DNA of 64,000 nucleotides from Planctomycetota bacterium (GCA_014193115.1 BJHQ01000003.1:2768-66767), one strand, 5' to 3'. Counted from the first letter of the stretch, positions 20,467 to 31,833 are shown. The notes: generated by a model from the sequence alone, not told the origin. Made by a program: numbers and translations.

Positions 20467-21579
20467 GTGCTTGTGCGGCGATGGGATCTGCGCAATGATC
20501 GGCGGGTGCTTGCGGCCCAGAGTCTACAGATATTGCCACGTCTGCCCCCATCCGCCGTCACCGCAGCAACCGGCCGCGAACCTCGTTGCGGCGCTGAGCT
20601 GGTCCGCGCCGCGGCGCCGTTCGAGCGCGAAGACCGGTTCACCTCCTGGTGTTTGTTGATCGAGACCCTGCTGGTGCTGAGCGGGCTGCTTGCGCTGGCA
20701 CTGTTGGCGTCGTGGTGGCCGGTGCAGATCCTGGCCGGTCTATTGGCCGGGCTGGTCCAGGTGCGGCTGTTCATCTTCTATCACGATACATTGCATGGAG
20801 CGCTGTTCCGCGGCGCGCCGGTGGTCCAGGGCTTCATGACCCTGGTCGGTGTCTATTTCTGCACCGTGCGTTCGGTGTGGAGCGAATCCCACGATTTCCA
20901 CCACCAGCACAATGGGAAGCTCGCCTGGTCGTCGGTCGGCTCCTATCCGCTGCTGTCAACGGTCGCGGCCTCGCGCCTGCGGCCGGGTCAGGACCGGCTG
21001 TACCGCCTGGCCCGGCATCCACTGACCATGCTGTGCGGTTACCTGACCACCAGCATGATCGGCTTGGCGCTGGTCCCGTTCCTGCGTGCCCCACGCAAGC
21101 ATGCGATGGCGCCGGTGGCGGTGGCGTTGCATCTCGGCCTGATCGGCGTGGTGGCCTGGCTGGCGGGGCCGTTCACCGCGCTGTGCGCCGTGGTCCTGCC
21201 CAATCTGGTGTCGACGGCGATCGGCGCCTATCTGTTCTATGCCCAGCACAATTTCCCCGATTTGGCGGTGTGTCCGAAGGGCACCTGGAGCTACACCGAC
21301 GCGGCGGTTCACGGATCGAGCCTGTTCGAGATGAGCCCGATGATGCACTGGTTCACCGGCAACATCGGTTTCCACCATGTCCACCACCTGAGCCACCGCA
21401 TCCCGTTCTATCGGCTGCGTGAGGCGATGCGCGCCATCCCCGAACTGCACCATCCTGGCCGGACCTCCTGGGCCATCGCCGACATCCGGGCCTGCCTGCG
21501 TCTGCACGTCTGGGATGACGAGCGGGGTCGCCTGGTGGCGCTGGGACCGGTTCCGGTTCCGGTGGCAGACCGGTCCTGA
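20467..21579 (+). CDS. membrane fatty acid desaturase (start uncertain)
   Basis: His boxes HDTLH, HDFHH and HHVHH; YLFYAQHNF. Confidence 0.9.
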   Translation: MLVRRWDLRNDRRVLAAQSLQILPRLPPSAVTAATGREPRCGAELVRAAAPFEREDRFTSWCLLIETLLVLSGLLALALLASWWPVQILAGLLAGLVQVRLFIFYHDTLHGALFRGAPVVQGFMTLVGVYFCTVRSVWSESHDFHHQHNGKLAWSSVGSYPLLSTVAASRLRPGQDRLYRLARHPLTMLCGYLTTSMIGLALVPFLRAPRKHAMAPVAVALHLGLIGVVAWLAGPFTALCAVVLPNLVSTAIGAYLFYAQHNFPDLAVCPKGTWSYTDAAVHGSSLFEMSPMMHWFTGNIGFHHVHHLSHRIPFYRLREAMRAIPELHHPGRTSWAIADIRACLRLHVWDDERGRLVALGPVPVPVADRS

Positions 21580-21622
21580 TGGCGAATGCCGGCCGGGCGT
21601 TGGTGCGGCTACCGGCCGTGGT

Positions 21623-23143
21623 ATGCCGGCGCTCATGGCCAGATTGACTGCTGCGTTTGCCGTGTGCTGGCTGGGGCTGGTCCCCGGGTCAGGGCTGGCT
21701 GGCGAGGTCATCGAAGGCGACTTGCATCAGGACACCGCGCTCAATATCGGCACCGGGCATATCGACGACTTCCGTTCCGCGGCCGGCCCTCGGGTTCCAG
21801 TGTGGGTGACGATCTGCCTGGATCTCGATGGCGGAGAAGCGCTGCGGCAAGCCTGCGTCGCTGGGTTGAGGGCGGCGGATCCGCGGCCGGCGGCCCTGGT
21901 CACCGGGTTTCGCGTCGCTGCTGCCGACATCCCCCGGCCCGATGAACCCTGGCTGATCGGCATCGGCCGGACCGTGCCGCTGGCGGTCATTCAGACCGTG
22001 CTGGCCGCGGTTCGCACCCAGCATCATGGCCCGCTGGTGCTGCGCGACGGCAACGACGAATCCGGAATCATCAGCGTCAGTCCGTGCGGAGAGCGGTTCC
22101 GGGGACAACCGCCGGTGGCAGGAATGGTGCTCGATCAGTTGCTGGCGATGAGCGATGCCGATCAGGCCCATGCCCTGATCGCGGCGGTGAACCAAGCGTT
22201 TGATCAGGGTTCCACGCCATCGGAACCACCTGCGCTGCTCGTTGATCTGACCTGCGGCGCTGACGGTGCGAGCGGCAGCGGTGCTGCCGGACTGCAGGTC
22301 GAAGGCGGGACCTGGACGGCCGACGGGTTGTATCTTCCGGCCCGGGCGGTGGTGCGGCCGAAACTGAATCCGGATCCGATCCTGCCGCCAAGCCCGCCGT
22401 ACCGGGTGAGCCTGTCCTTGCCCGCACTCGGCAAGCGCCGGCTGACGGTCACCCTGCTGGTGTGCCTGGCCTCGGCCGGCCGCGGTCAAGACAATCTGTT
22501 CTGCATCGGCCGGCGCAGCCGCTGGTTCAGCGCCCAGGTCGGCCCGGGCGGAGTGCCTGAAATCGGTCTGGATAATCGCTGGTATCTGATGCCAGCCAGC
22601 GAATGCGCGGTCATCGATGCCAGGAAATGGCATGCGTTGACGGTCGGCTGCGACGTGCGCTCCGGTGTGGTCCGGGTCATGGTCGACGATGGGCCAGGGC
22701 AGGATCTGCGGAGGAAGGATTCCAACGAGCACCGGATTCCGCCACGCCAGCTCGATGGCCCGGACGAGCTGGAGCTGCAATTCTGCGATCCGGGGACCAC
22801 CCGCCACCTGCACGGCATGGTGCGGCGGATCATCGTCCACAGCGGCCTGCTCAACGAGCCGACCATCGCCGCCCTGCACCGCGCCTTGGCCCCGACCAGC
22901 CTGCCCGCACCGACCCATCCTCAATTTGCCGACCCGGTGCCGCCGCCTCCGCCCGAAAAACGCCCGCCGAAACCGGCCAAGCCAGCTACCCCGGTTGCCG
23001 TGAAGCCAGCGTCGGCTCCGCCGGCGGTTCCACCGACGCCGCCGACGGTCCCGCCGGCGCCGCCGCAGTCCAAACCGGCGCCGCCGCAGTCCAAACCGGC
23101 CTCGCCGGAAATCGCTCCGGTGCCCGGAGCCAATGACTTCTGA
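21623..23143 (+). CDS. exported hypothetical protein with LamG/ConA-like domain and Pro-rich tail
   Basis: Signal peptide; KWHALTV, VMVDD and LHGMVRRIIVHSGLLNEPTIAALH resemble LamG motifs. Confidence 0.55.
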   Translation: MPALMARLTAAFAVCWLGLVPGSGLAGEVIEGDLHQDTALNIGTGHIDDFRSAAGPRVPVWVTICLDLDGGEALRQACVAGLRAADPRPAALVTGFRVAAADIPRPDEPWLIGIGRTVPLAVIQTVLAAVRTQHHGPLVLRDGNDESGIISVSPCGERFRGQPPVAGMVLDQLLAMSDADQAHALIAAVNQAFDQGSTPSEPPALLVDLTCGADGASGSGAAGLQVEGGTWTADGLYLPARAVVRPKLNPDPILPPSPPYRVSLSLPALGKRRLTVTLLVCLASAGRGQDNLFCIGRRSRWFSAQVGPGGVPEIGLDNRWYLMPASECAVIDARKWHALTVGCDVRSGVVRVMVDDGPGQDLRRKDSNEHRIPPRQLDGPDELELQFCDPGTTRHLHGMVRRIIVHSGLLNEPTIAALHRALAPTSLPAPTHPQFADPVPPPPPEKRPPKPAKPATPVAVKPASAPPAVPPTPPTVPPAPPQSKPAPPQSKPASPEIAPVPGANDF

Positions 23144-23152
23144 ATCTGCGGG

Positions 23153-23767
23153 TTACGGGGAGATCTGCTCGCCGTCCTGGTAAGCAACCCAGGCGAACGG
23201 CGTGTATTTCCCCTCCGGGGCGAGCACCAGGTGGAAACTGACGATCGCCCCGCCCGTGGACGGAGTCGGGCGGAAGGTCTCGCTGGCGATCCACAGATCG
23301 GGCAGGCCACCGTGGGTGGTCACTCCGTTGGCCAAGGTGAAGACCCGGACATCGATACCCCGTACATACGGCAGCACGACCAGTTCACCTCCGTACGTGG
23401 TCGAGCCATCGTGCAGCTTGCCATCGGAACCGATCGCCCGCGAGGCATTGGTCGAGAAGGTGACCACCTGCACCCGGCTCTCGGCCAGGACGGCGCCGCT
23501 GGGATCAAGCAGGGTCAGGGTGCCATGACCCGGGCCCCTCGCCGACAGCCGCAGCTCAGGAGCCGCCCCGGCCAACGTCAATGTGGCGGACAGGAGGTCA
23601 GCCGGGATCGTCCGGACCGTGGCTCCTTGCGGCACCGCGAATCCAGGACGCAGCGGCACCCGCCTGGCATATCCCGGAGCGCAGTACACCTGGATCGGCA
23701 GGACCGGCGGTGCGGTCTCAGCCGCAGCGGTCAACTGAACGCCAAGCACCAGCAGCACGCAACGCAT
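23153..23767 (-). CDS. exported hypothetical protein
   Basis: Signal peptide; beta-rich sequence. Confidence 0.6.
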   Translation of the reverse strand: MRCVLLVLGVQLTAAAETAPPVLPIQVYCAPGYARRVPLRPGFAVPQGATVRTIPADLLSATLTLAGAAPELRLSARGPGHGTLTLLDPSGAVLAESRVQVVTFSTNASRAIGSDGKLHDGSTTYGGELVVLPYVRGIDVRVFTLANGVTTHGGLPDLWIASETFRPTPSTGGAIVSFHLVLAPEGKYTPFAWVAYQDGEQISP

Positions 23768-23828
23768 GGCCGCGACTATCTGGGCCTGGTTACGTCAACA
23801 AGCACGGTGAACGCTCGCCGCGCGCAGG

Positions 23829-25103
23829 TTACTCGCGGCCGACGATCCGCACTGTCACCGATTTTTCATCGCCGGTGCTGGACCGGGCCTGGACCGCGAC
23901 CCGGTCGCCCGGTTCAACGCCGACCATGGCGCGGAGCACGTCGATCCGGGAGGCCACAGTCTGGCCGTTGACCGTCAGCAGCCGGTCGCCGGCTGCGAGC
24001 CCAGCCTTGGCGGCAGGCGAGTCCGGTGTGACCGTTTCCAGGAAAATCTGGCGCTCCCCGACCAAGGTGCGCTCCGCCACGGTCCAACCGTGCCAGGGCC
24101 GGCCGGGCAGAGCCGTACGGCCGACCGGCACGACCAGGTCAACTGTCTGGCCGGCGCGGCGCACCTGCACCGCCATGGTCGCGCCGAGGGCCCACGGCCG
24201 GCCGCGGAACAACGCTTCGGCGGAGGTCGGCACCAGCGGGCGGCGGCCATCGATGGCGAGCAGGCGGTCGCCCGGCCGCAGCGGCGTGACGGCCTCGTCG
24301 GCGACCGCGCTGATCTCGACGCCACGACCGTCGGCGGTGGCTGCCAAGGTCACGCCGAGCGGAGGGCCGGTACGGCGCACGGCACCGCCGTCGGCGGCGG
24401 CCAGCGCCGGCAGCAACGTAGCGATCTGGGTCGAGGCGATGGCCAGGCCGATGCCGCTGTTGATGCGCATGCCGGTGCGGGAACGGATCTGGCCATTGAT
24501 GCCGAGCAGCCGGCCCAGGCCGTCGAACAGCGGTCCGCCGGAATTGCCGGGATTGACCGGAGCGTCGCCCTGGACCGCGTCGAGATAGCCGCCGCGCACC
24601 ACCCGGCCGGTGGACAGCACGCCCCAGGTCACGGTGGGCACGTCGTCGAGGGTGCCGAGACCGAAAGGATTGCCGACCGCGACCACCGGGGCGCCGGCGA
24701 CCAGGGCCTCGGCCGGAGCCAGCGGCGCCGGGGTCCACGGCGGGTCGGCGGGATCCCAATCACCGGCATCGACCTGGAGCAGCGCGAGATCGCCGATCGG
24801 ATCGAAGCCGAGCAATTTCGCGGGCAGACTGCGCCCGAACCCGTGGTCCGCTCCGGCCAGCCTGACGCGCAGGTCAGAAGCATCGATCTCACCCGAGACG
24901 TGGTGGTTGGTCAGCACCCAGCCGTCGCTGCCGACGAAGACGCCGCTGCCCTGGCCGACGAAGGCGTAGCTGCGCAGCAACCGCACGGCGAGGGCGGTGC
25001 GGTCGTCATCGGCCGCGGCAGTGGCGGCGGAGCAGGCGAGGAGGAGCAACGCCACCGCGCTGAACCGCGGCCAGCGGCCCGGTCGGCAGATCTGAGCCGG
25101 CAT
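23829..25103 (-). CDS. HtrA/DegP-like serine protease with two PDZ domains
   Basis: Catalytic triad LTNHHV / DLALL / NPGNSGGPL; PDZ motifs. Confidence 0.9.
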   Translation of the reverse strand: MPAQICRPGRWPRFSAVALLLLACSAATAAADDDRTALAVRLLRSYAFVGQGSGVFVGSDGWVLTNHHVSGEIDASDLRVRLAGADHGFGRSLPAKLLGFDPIGDLALLQVDAGDWDPADPPWTPAPLAPAEALVAGAPVVAVGNPFGLGTLDDVPTVTWGVLSTGRVVRGGYLDAVQGDAPVNPGNSGGPLFDGLGRLLGINGQIRSRTGMRINSGIGLAIASTQIATLLPALAAADGGAVRRTGPPLGVTLAATADGRGVEISAVADEAVTPLRPGDRLLAIDGRRPLVPTSAEALFRGRPWALGATMAVQVRRAGQTVDLVVPVGRTALPGRPWHGWTVAERTLVGERQIFLETVTPDSPAAKAGLAAGDRLLTVNGQTVASRIDVLRAMVGVEPGDRVAVQARSSTGDEKSVTVRIVGRE

Positions 25104-25104
25104 G

Positions 25105-26871
25105 TCAGAACTCCTTCAGTTCGACGGTCAGCACCAGGCGCTGGCCGGCACGGTCGATGGTCAGGTCCACCCGGTCGCCGGGCTGCCGGCGGAGGAGCAG
25201 CCGGGACAGGCTCTGGTGGTCGCTCACCGGGTTGCCGTTCAGGCGCAAAATGCGGTCGCCAGCCTGAAGGCCGGCGGCGGCGGCGCCGGTACCCGGAACG
25301 ACCTCCTGGACCAGCACGCCGCTGTCGTCGCCTTCGTAGCGGTGGCGGATGCCGAGGCCGACCAGGCGCGGCCGATCCCGCGAGGCACCGGTCTTGAGCC
25401 GGGTCACGGCTTCGGCCAGGGTCGGTGCGTCCACCGCCATGGCGACCCCGGAATTGACCAGCCACGGCCGATCGTCCCCTGGGCCGAGCAGCACCAGCAG
25501 ACCCGCGACGGTGCCGTCAGCGGTCACCAGCGGACCGCCAAGGCTGCCGTAGTTCGCCAGGCAATCGACTTGGAGCAGCGCGTAGGGCCATTGATCGAGC
25601 CGGCGATCGGCCGCCGAGATCCCGCCGATGGTCAGGGTGTGGCCGGAATCAGCGCGGTGGCGACCGAGCAGTCCCACGGTGGTGCCCAGTGCCGGCCGGA
25701 CCTTGGCCAGCGGCGCCGCCGGCAGGCCCAGATCGCGTTCGGCGCGGAGCAGCGCCAGATCGAGCGGCACATCCACTGCGACCACGGAACAGGCCACCGA
25801 TCCGCCAGCGAGCAGCACCCGGCCGTTGGTGGCCTCGCCATGGAGATTGCTGGCGCTGGTCACCAGATCGGTGCCGCCCAGGGCCACGGCGGTCACCGGC
25901 TGGTCGGCGAAGAAGACCTGCTGCTGGTGCCAATAGGCAGCCCACCAGTCGCGCAGCTTGCGCCGCTCCCAACCCGGGGCCTCATCCACCGCCCGCGGCG
26001 GCCGCGGCACGGCCTGGGGATTTCCCGGGCCGCGGGGCCGATCGAAGGCGACCAGGGCGACCGAGCGGGCCACAACGGTTGTGGCGCTGATCAGCGCGGT
26101 CTCGTCGGCCGAGGGCGGTCGCGGCGCAGGCAGCGGATCGCCGCCGAGGTCGGCGGAGCGCAGGCCCAGGTCGGCCAGGATCGCAGGCAGCGGGACCGCC
26201 GTGCCCATGCGCCGGGCGCGCTCGGCGCCCAGGCTGACCAGGCCAGCCAGGCGTCCAGCGTCATCGAGCAGGGCCCCGCCCTGGTTGCCGTCATTGATCG
26301 CCGCATCGACCTCGATCACCGGACCGCGGTACAACGACAGGATTTTCCCGTGGCGGCCGCGGACTGGCGGATCGTTGGCCTCGATCACCGATCGGCCGCT
26401 GACGATGCCCCGTGAGAGCGCGACCTGACCGTCGAGCTCGATGGTGCCGTGGCTGTTGCCGGCCGACCACACCGGCATGCCCACGGTCAAGGCATCGCCG
26501 GCGCACCCGGTCAGAGGAACCGCGCCGCTGGGTAGCGGCCCGATGCGCAGCAGCACACCGGTGCTTGTTGCTCCACGCCGGACGACCGTGGCCAGGGCCG
26601 GGCCCTGGGCGGGATCCGCCACCGACCCAGGGAAGACCACCTTCCACGGCCCGTCGCCAGGTGGCAGGGCCTCGGCCAGCGACAGGGCCAGGCCATCTGC
26701 CGAGATCAGGACCAGGGCTCCACCGCACGGCGGTTTCTCTGGCGCGATCGACTGGTCCTGGGCGGTGAATTCGCCAACGAACGCGGCGATGCCCGAGGGC
26801 GGCTCAAGCGCCTGGGCGGCGCCGCACCAGGCGATCAGCAGGGCGGCGGCGGAGAAGCGAAGAGAAGCCAC
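25105..26871 (-). CDS. tandem trypsin-like domain + PDZ protein, probably catalytically inactive
   Basis: DAAINDGNQGGAL and DCLANYGSLGGPL lack the catalytic Ser; C-terminal PDZ. GTG start at 26871 inferred from the signal peptide. Confidence 0.8.
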   Translation of the reverse strand: MASLRFSAAALLIAWCGAAQALEPPSGIAAFVGEFTAQDQSIAPEKPPCGGALVLISADGLALSLAEALPPGDGPWKVVFPGSVADPAQGPALATVVRRGATSTGVLLRIGPLPSGAVPLTGCAGDALTVGMPVWSAGNSHGTIELDGQVALSRGIVSGRSVIEANDPPVRGRHGKILSLYRGPVIEVDAAINDGNQGGALLDDAGRLAGLVSLGAERARRMGTAVPLPAILADLGLRSADLGGDPLPAPRPPSADETALISATTVVARSVALVAFDRPRGPGNPQAVPRPPRAVDEAPGWERRKLRDWWAAYWHQQQVFFADQPVTAVALGGTDLVTSASNLHGEATNGRVLLAGGSVACSVVAVDVPLDLALLRAERDLGLPAAPLAKVRPALGTTVGLLGRHRADSGHTLTIGGISAADRRLDQWPYALLQVDCLANYGSLGGPLVTADGTVAGLLVLLGPGDDRPWLVNSGVAMAVDAPTLAEAVTRLKTGASRDRPRLVGLGIRHRYEGDDSGVLVQEVVPGTGAAAAGLQAGDRILRLNGNPVSDHQSLSRLLLRRQPGDRVDLTIDRAGQRLVLTVELKEF

Positions 26872-27189
26872 ACGTTCATTGTAGCCCACTGCATGACCCG
26901 AGGGCAAGCGCCAGCAGATCGTTGCCGTACGCAGCACCAGCTTGCCCAAAGGCAGGAGGCCGGCCGCAGCACCTGGGCGGAAAAAGGCCATGCCGCTACC
27001 TCCGCTTCAAGGCCATACGGACCCCGACCGGTCGGCGTTGCCGACCGGAATGGCCTGGCCGCGGATTTCCAAGAACCAGAACCAACTCGTCAGGCGACCG
27101 CGCCGAGGTGCCGCGGCGGGTGGAGGTGCCGCGACGCGTGGGGAACGGCCGGGGTGATCAATCCCCGGTCGGCGTGGGAAGCGCCGGAT

Positions 27190-27474
27190 TTACAGCTTGA
27201 CCCGGGTGTAGCCCAAACGCTGGGCGGCTTCCATGCCAGGAGCCTGATTGGTCTCTTTCACCTCGATTTCGAGGATGGCCGAGCCATCGGCCTTGGGCGT
27301 GATCGTCGCCCGGGTCACTCCCGAGGCGCGCAGCATGTCTTCGCGGTCGCGGATCACGGTGGCGTCCGAGGCCTGGGGCTTGGTGTAGGTGAACAGCACG
27401 GTGCGCGCACCGCAGGCGGCGATGACCAGGGTGACGGACAGCGCAAGGATGGAGGACAGGGCGGTGCGGAGCAT
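27190..27474 (-). CDS. small lipoprotein
   Basis: Lipobox IAAC. Confidence 0.65.
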   Translation of the reverse strand: MLRTALSSILALSVTLVIAACGARTVLFTYTKPQASDATVIRDREDMLRASGVTRATITPKADGSAILEIEVKETNQAPGMEAAQRLGYTRVKL

Positions 27475-27611
27475 GGGCAACGATCTACTGGCGGTCCGGG
27501 GCTGGGGAAGCCCGGGTAGACTGCCGAACCCGGAGCCACAAATCCCGAGCCAGGCGCAGACCATCGGTCTCCGGCTACCCTTGCCTGGCGCGGCCCGAAT
27601 CGGAGGCTTAC

Positions 27612-27727
27612 CGACATCACGGCGACTGGCGCAAGGGCCTTGGCCCTGCGGAGCACCGCACGGGAACCGTGATGCGTCGGGCTGGTCGCTCCCATGGCGA
27701 TGGCCCCGCGAGCCGAGCGCCTGGGCG
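27612..27727 (+). ncRNA. ZMP/ZTP (pfl) riboswitch
   Basis: CACGG-CGACTGGCG...GCGG-AGCA-CCGC-ACGGGAA-CCGTG, a linker, then GCCGAGCGCCTGGGC, directly upstream of glyA. Confidence 0.85.
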
Positions 27728-27754
27728 TCCCCCCCGATCCTTCCGGAGGCCGCC

Positions 27755-29086
27755 ATGCACCCCATCACCGACCACGCACCGTCCCAGCGCCGCACCGGCG
27801 TCAGTGAATCCGCCATCCCGTTTGGGCACCGGTTCACGGCCCCCCGGCCGCTCGCCGACAGCGACCCCGAACTGGCCGCGATCATCGCCGCCGAGTTCGA
27901 CCGCCAGCAGCACACCATCGAGCTGATCGCGTCAGAGAACATCGTCAGCACGGCCGTCCTCGAGGCCCAGGGCTCGGTGCTGACCAACAAGTATGCCGAG
28001 GGCTATTCCGGAAAGCGGTATTACGGTGGCTGCGAAGAGGTCGATCGCGCCGAAGACCTGGCGATCCGCCGGGCCCAGCGGCTGTTCAAGACCGACTATG
28101 CGGTGAACGTCCAGCCCCACAGCGGCAGCCAGGCCAATATGGCGGTGTACCTGGCCGCCGGTCTGGCCAAGGGCGACCGGGTCCTGGGCATGTCACTTGA
28201 CCACGGCGGCCACCTGACCCATGGCTATAAGCTCAATTTCAGCGGACTGGACTATGCGATCACCAGCTATGGCGTGACCCGCGACACCCAGACCATCGAC
28301 TACGCCGAGGTCGAACGCCTGGCCAACGAGGTCCGCCCCAAGCTGATCATCGCCGGCGCCTCGAACTATTCCCGGACCTTGGATTTCCCGCGCTTCGCCG
28401 CCATCGCGAAATCCGTTGGCGCCTTGCTGTTCGTCGACATGGCCCACATCGCCGGTCTGGTCGCCGCCGGTCTCCATCCCTCGCCGTTCGGCCACGCCGA
28501 TTTCGTCACCACCACCACCCACAAGACCCTGCGCGGTCCCCGCGGTGGGATGATCTTCACCCGCGACCCCGATCTGGCCAAAAAGGTCAACAGCCGGGTC
28601 TTCCCCGGAATCCAAGGCGGACCGCTGATGCACGTCATCGCTGCCAAGGCGGTGGCCTTCGGCGAGGCCATGCGCCCGGAGTTCACCACCTATATGCAGT
28701 CGGTACGGGACAGCGCCGCGGCCATGGCCGGCGAATTCCTCGCCCGCGGCTGGCGGGTGGTCTCGGGCGGCACCGACAACCACCTGTTCTCCCTCGACGT
28801 GATGAGCCACGGCGTCAACGGCAAAGACGCCGAGGACCTGCTTCACCAGGTCGGAATCACGGTGAACAAGAACCTGATTCCCTATGACACCCAGCCGGCG
28901 CAAAAAGGTTCCGGCATCCGCATCGGCACCCCGGCGGTGTGCAGCCGCGGATTCGCCGTCGCCGAATGCGTCGCCGTCGCCGGTCTGATTGACCGCGCCC
29001 TGAAAGGCCGCGCCGATCCGGCCGCGCTGGCGGCTGTGGCCGGCGAATCCCGGGCTCTGTGCGACCGCTTCCCGATCTACCGCTGA
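27755..29086 (+). CDS. glyA: serine hydroxymethyltransferase
   Basis: [47 protein letters not shown]. Confidence 0.97.
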   Translation: MHPITDHAPSQRRTGVSESAIPFGHRFTAPRPLADSDPELAAIIAAEFDRQQHTIELIASENIVSTAVLEAQGSVLTNKYAEGYSGKRYYGGCEEVDRAEDLAIRRAQRLFKTDYAVNVQPHSGSQANMAVYLAAGLAKGDRVLGMSLDHGGHLTHGYKLNFSGLDYAITSYGVTRDTQTIDYAEVERLANEVRPKLIIAGASNYSRTLDFPRFAAIAKSVGALLFVDMAHIAGLVAAGLHPSPFGHADFVTTTTHKTLRGPRGGMIFTRDPDLAKKVNSRVFPGIQGGPLMHVIAAKAVAFGEAMRPEFTTYMQSVRDSAAAMAGEFLARGWRVVSGGTDNHLFSLDVMSHGVNGKDAEDLLHQVGITVNKNLIPYDTQPAQKGSGIRIGTPAVCSRGFAVAECVAVAGLIDRALKGRADPAALAAVAGESRALCDRFPIYR

Positions 29087-29300
29087 GCTGAACGAGCACC
29101 GCCGCCGCCAAGGCGCCGACGGCTGATCGGAGGAAGGCGCTGCTTGCTCGCTGGTTCCGCCAGCGAGCGGGGAAAATCTCTGGTTTATCCTTGAGATTTC
29201 GGAGCCATGGCGGTCGAGCGGCGTTTTCGGGGCCCACGCCGGCGGTTTCAGCGAGACCTCCGAGGCCGCTCCGAACTGGCGGAGGGATCGAATTGCGGTC

Positions 29301-30674
29301 ATGCTCTCGCCCATGTCGGTCCGCCTCGATGGTCCTGCCGGGTCTTGGACCCTGCCATCCGGCACCAGTGTGCTCGGTCGCGGGGTCGGCTGCGAAGTGC
29401 GGATCGATGACCCCCGACTGTCCCGGCGCCATGCCTCGTTCCTGGTCGACGGGGCGCGGGTGGTGGTGCGGGATCTGGGTGCGACCAACGGCGTGCTGGT
29501 CAACGGTCGGCGCATCCGCGGGACGCAGACCCTGAACCATGGCGATTCGGTCACCTGCGGACCGATGGTGCTGGCGGTGTCGATCGCGGTCAGCGAGCCT
29601 CATCCCCGGGAGCTGCTCGGTCGGTCGGCGACCGAGTTCGTGCCCCACGCCGATTCGGTCAATACCGACGCGATGGATCCGGCGGCGGTGGCCGCGACCG
29701 TGGCCGCCCTCACCGATCGCAAGATCAACGCCCGCATCGCCGAGGCGGTGCCGGTCGAACCGTCCGCCGCGTCCAGCTTCCTCGAACCAGGAGACGCTCC
29801 CGACCGGGCCTCGTCCCTGGTTCCTGCCCTTCCCGGGCGGCGGCCTCCGTCGGTCGGAACCGGAGTCCCACCAGCGCCGGCCGAGGAACGCGCCAGCGCC
29901 CTGATGCCCCAACCGCTGATCCGCCTGCCGGCGTCGGCGCTGAGCTCCACCGCCAACCCGTCACCGCCGGCAGCGCCACAGGTTCCCCGACTGTCGACCG
30001 CCCTGCTCCCGGCTTCGGCGGTGACGGACGGCGGGCAGATGCCGCTGCTGCTCCGCCCCGGCCGCCAGGCGCACACGCCGGGGCTTCGGCGGTTGGCAGC
30101 TGCTGCCGGCGATGGCCTGCTTGCGTGGTTGGCGGCCAGCTGCGCCGCCGTGCCGAGCCTGGCGCTGGGTTACGGCCAGGCCCTGGCCAAGGCAGGAGCC
30201 ACCCTGCACGGCGGACTGCCGGTGCTGCCGCCGACCACTGGCACCTCGGCCACCGCCTGGGAATTCAGTGCCAGCGTGCTCGATCCGGGCGGGCTGGCCC
30301 GGGCGGTGGAAATCGCCTTGACCCTGCGGCGAGTCGATAGCGATGCTTTTTTCCTGCTGTTTCTCGGTGCGACCGGCGCAGTGCTGGCGGTGGTGCTGGC
30401 CAGCTTGCTGGTGCTGGTGGCGCCGACGGTCTGGTTCGGCGGCCCGCCCTGCCACCGCGCCTTGGGCCTGACCATCGAAAGCCTGAACGGCCACCGCCTG
30501 GGGTGGTTCCAGGCGAGCCTGCGCTGGCTGCTGGCGTTGCTGCTGTCGCCGTTGGCCTGGTTCACCCTGGCGGCGGGCCGGCCGTCGATCCACGACCGGT
30601 TGAGCGGCTGCCGGCTGGGCGGCCAGCTCGGCGAGTCGGCTGAAGTCCAGCAAAACAGCAGAAAACCGGCGTAG
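29301..30674 (+). CDS. FHA domain + RDD-like membrane protein
   Basis: FHA LGRG...SRRHA...DLGATNGVLVNG; C-terminal RRLAAAAGD...RPSIHDRLSG. Confidence 0.75.
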   Translation: MLSPMSVRLDGPAGSWTLPSGTSVLGRGVGCEVRIDDPRLSRRHASFLVDGARVVVRDLGATNGVLVNGRRIRGTQTLNHGDSVTCGPMVLAVSIAVSEPHPRELLGRSATEFVPHADSVNTDAMDPAAVAATVAALTDRKINARIAEAVPVEPSAASSFLEPGDAPDRASSLVPALPGRRPPSVGTGVPPAPAEERASALMPQPLIRLPASALSSTANPSPPAAPQVPRLSTALLPASAVTDGGQMPLLLRPGRQAHTPGLRRLAAAAGDGLLAWLAASCAAVPSLALGYGQALAKAGATLHGGLPVLPPTTGTSATAWEFSASVLDPGGLARAVEIALTLRRVDSDAFFLLFLGATGAVLAVVLASLLVLVAPTVWFGGPPCHRALGLTIESLNGHRLGWFQASLRWLLALLLSPLAWFTLAAGRPSIHDRLSGCRLGGQLGESAEVQQNSRKPA

Positions 30675-30733
30675 TCGCGGCTTTCCGGCGGAGCGTCAGG
30701 GCCCGAGCGCCAGGGCCGGAGTGCGCAGACTGC

Positions 30734-31828
30734 TCAGCCGGGCTGAAGCGGGATGCTGACCGTGAAGATCGAGCCCCGGCCGGGGGCAGATTCCACCGAG
30801 ATGGCGCCTCCCATCAGCTCGACCAGGCGTTTGCAGATCGCCAGGCCCAGGCCGCTGCCACCATAGTTCCGGGCGACCGCCGGATCGGCCTGGCGGAACG
30901 GGGTGAACAGGCGCGTCAGCGCTTCCGGGGGGATGCCGATGCCTTGGTCGATGACCTGGAAGCGCAGCTGATCCTGGTCGCGGTCGACAGCCAGTCGAAC
31001 CGTGCCGCGGGTACTGAATTTGAGGGCGTTGGCGAGCAGGTTGGTCAGCACCTGGCGGAGGCGGAACACATCGCCAACGATTTTGCGCGGAACCGCGTGG
31101 TCCAAGGCGGTGGCCAGGATCAGGCCCTTGGCCCGGAAGCGCGGGGTGAACTCCGCATCGAGTTCGCCGAGCAACTGTTTTGGTCGCCATTCGGCGGTGA
31201 CCAGCTCGACCCGACCGGCCTCAAGCCGCGACAATTCGAGCAGGCCATCGACCAGCCCGCGCAGATGGCTGGCGGAATGATGGAGGGCCTCCATCAGCTC
31301 GCGTTGCTCGGGTGAAAGGTCCGTCTCGCGGAGCAGCTCGGCCATGCCCAGCACCCCGGTGAGCGGCGTGCGCAGTTCGTGGGTGATTTCTGCCACCATG
31401 GTCGCGACGCCGCCGACCGGCGCGGTGTCGGTGACCTCGACCCGGCAGCGGAACGCCGCCACCAGCAGGCCGCCGGCGATCGATTGCAGCCGCAGGCTCA
31501 TCGGCGTTTCACCGCCATCAAAACGGCACAGCGCCGAATCACCGCGCCACGAGGTGCCGGCCTGGCCGGTGGCGAGCAGGGGCAGGGCCTCGTCGAGGAT
31601 CACTGCCGCCGCCCATTCGGGGCAGAGCTCGGGCAGCAGCCGGTCAGCGGAGTCGAGCCGGTTGCCGACGTGGCGGAGGGCGGCGCGGTTGGCCCACACC
31701 ACATGCAGTTCGCGGTCGCAGATCAGCACCGCCTCGTCGATCACCTCAAGGGCGGCGCGCAGCGCGCCTTCGACCGGCTGGGTGCGACCGCCAGACGGCG
31801 GGCGGGTGGTGCGACCGGTTCCGGCCAT
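30734..31828 (-). CDS. PAS sensor histidine kinase
   Basis: [22 protein letters not shown] and GGSGLGL. Confidence 0.9.
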   Translation of the reverse strand: MAGTGRTTRPPSGGRTQPVEGALRAALEVIDEAVLICDRELHVVWANRAALRHVGNRLDSADRLLPELCPEWAAAVILDEALPLLATGQAGTSWRGDSALCRFDGGETPMSLRLQSIAGGLLVAAFRCRVEVTDTAPVGGVATMVAEITHELRTPLTGVLGMAELLRETDLSPEQRELMEALHHSASHLRGLVDGLLELSRLEAGRVELVTAEWRPKQLLGELDAEFTPRFRAKGLILATALDHAVPRKIVGDVFRLRQVLTNLLANALKFSTRGTVRLAVDRDQDQLRFQVIDQGIGIPPEALTRLFTPFRQADPAVARNYGGSGLGLAICKRLVELMGGAISVESAPGRGSIFTVSIPLQPG

Positions 31829-31833
31829 GCGGC

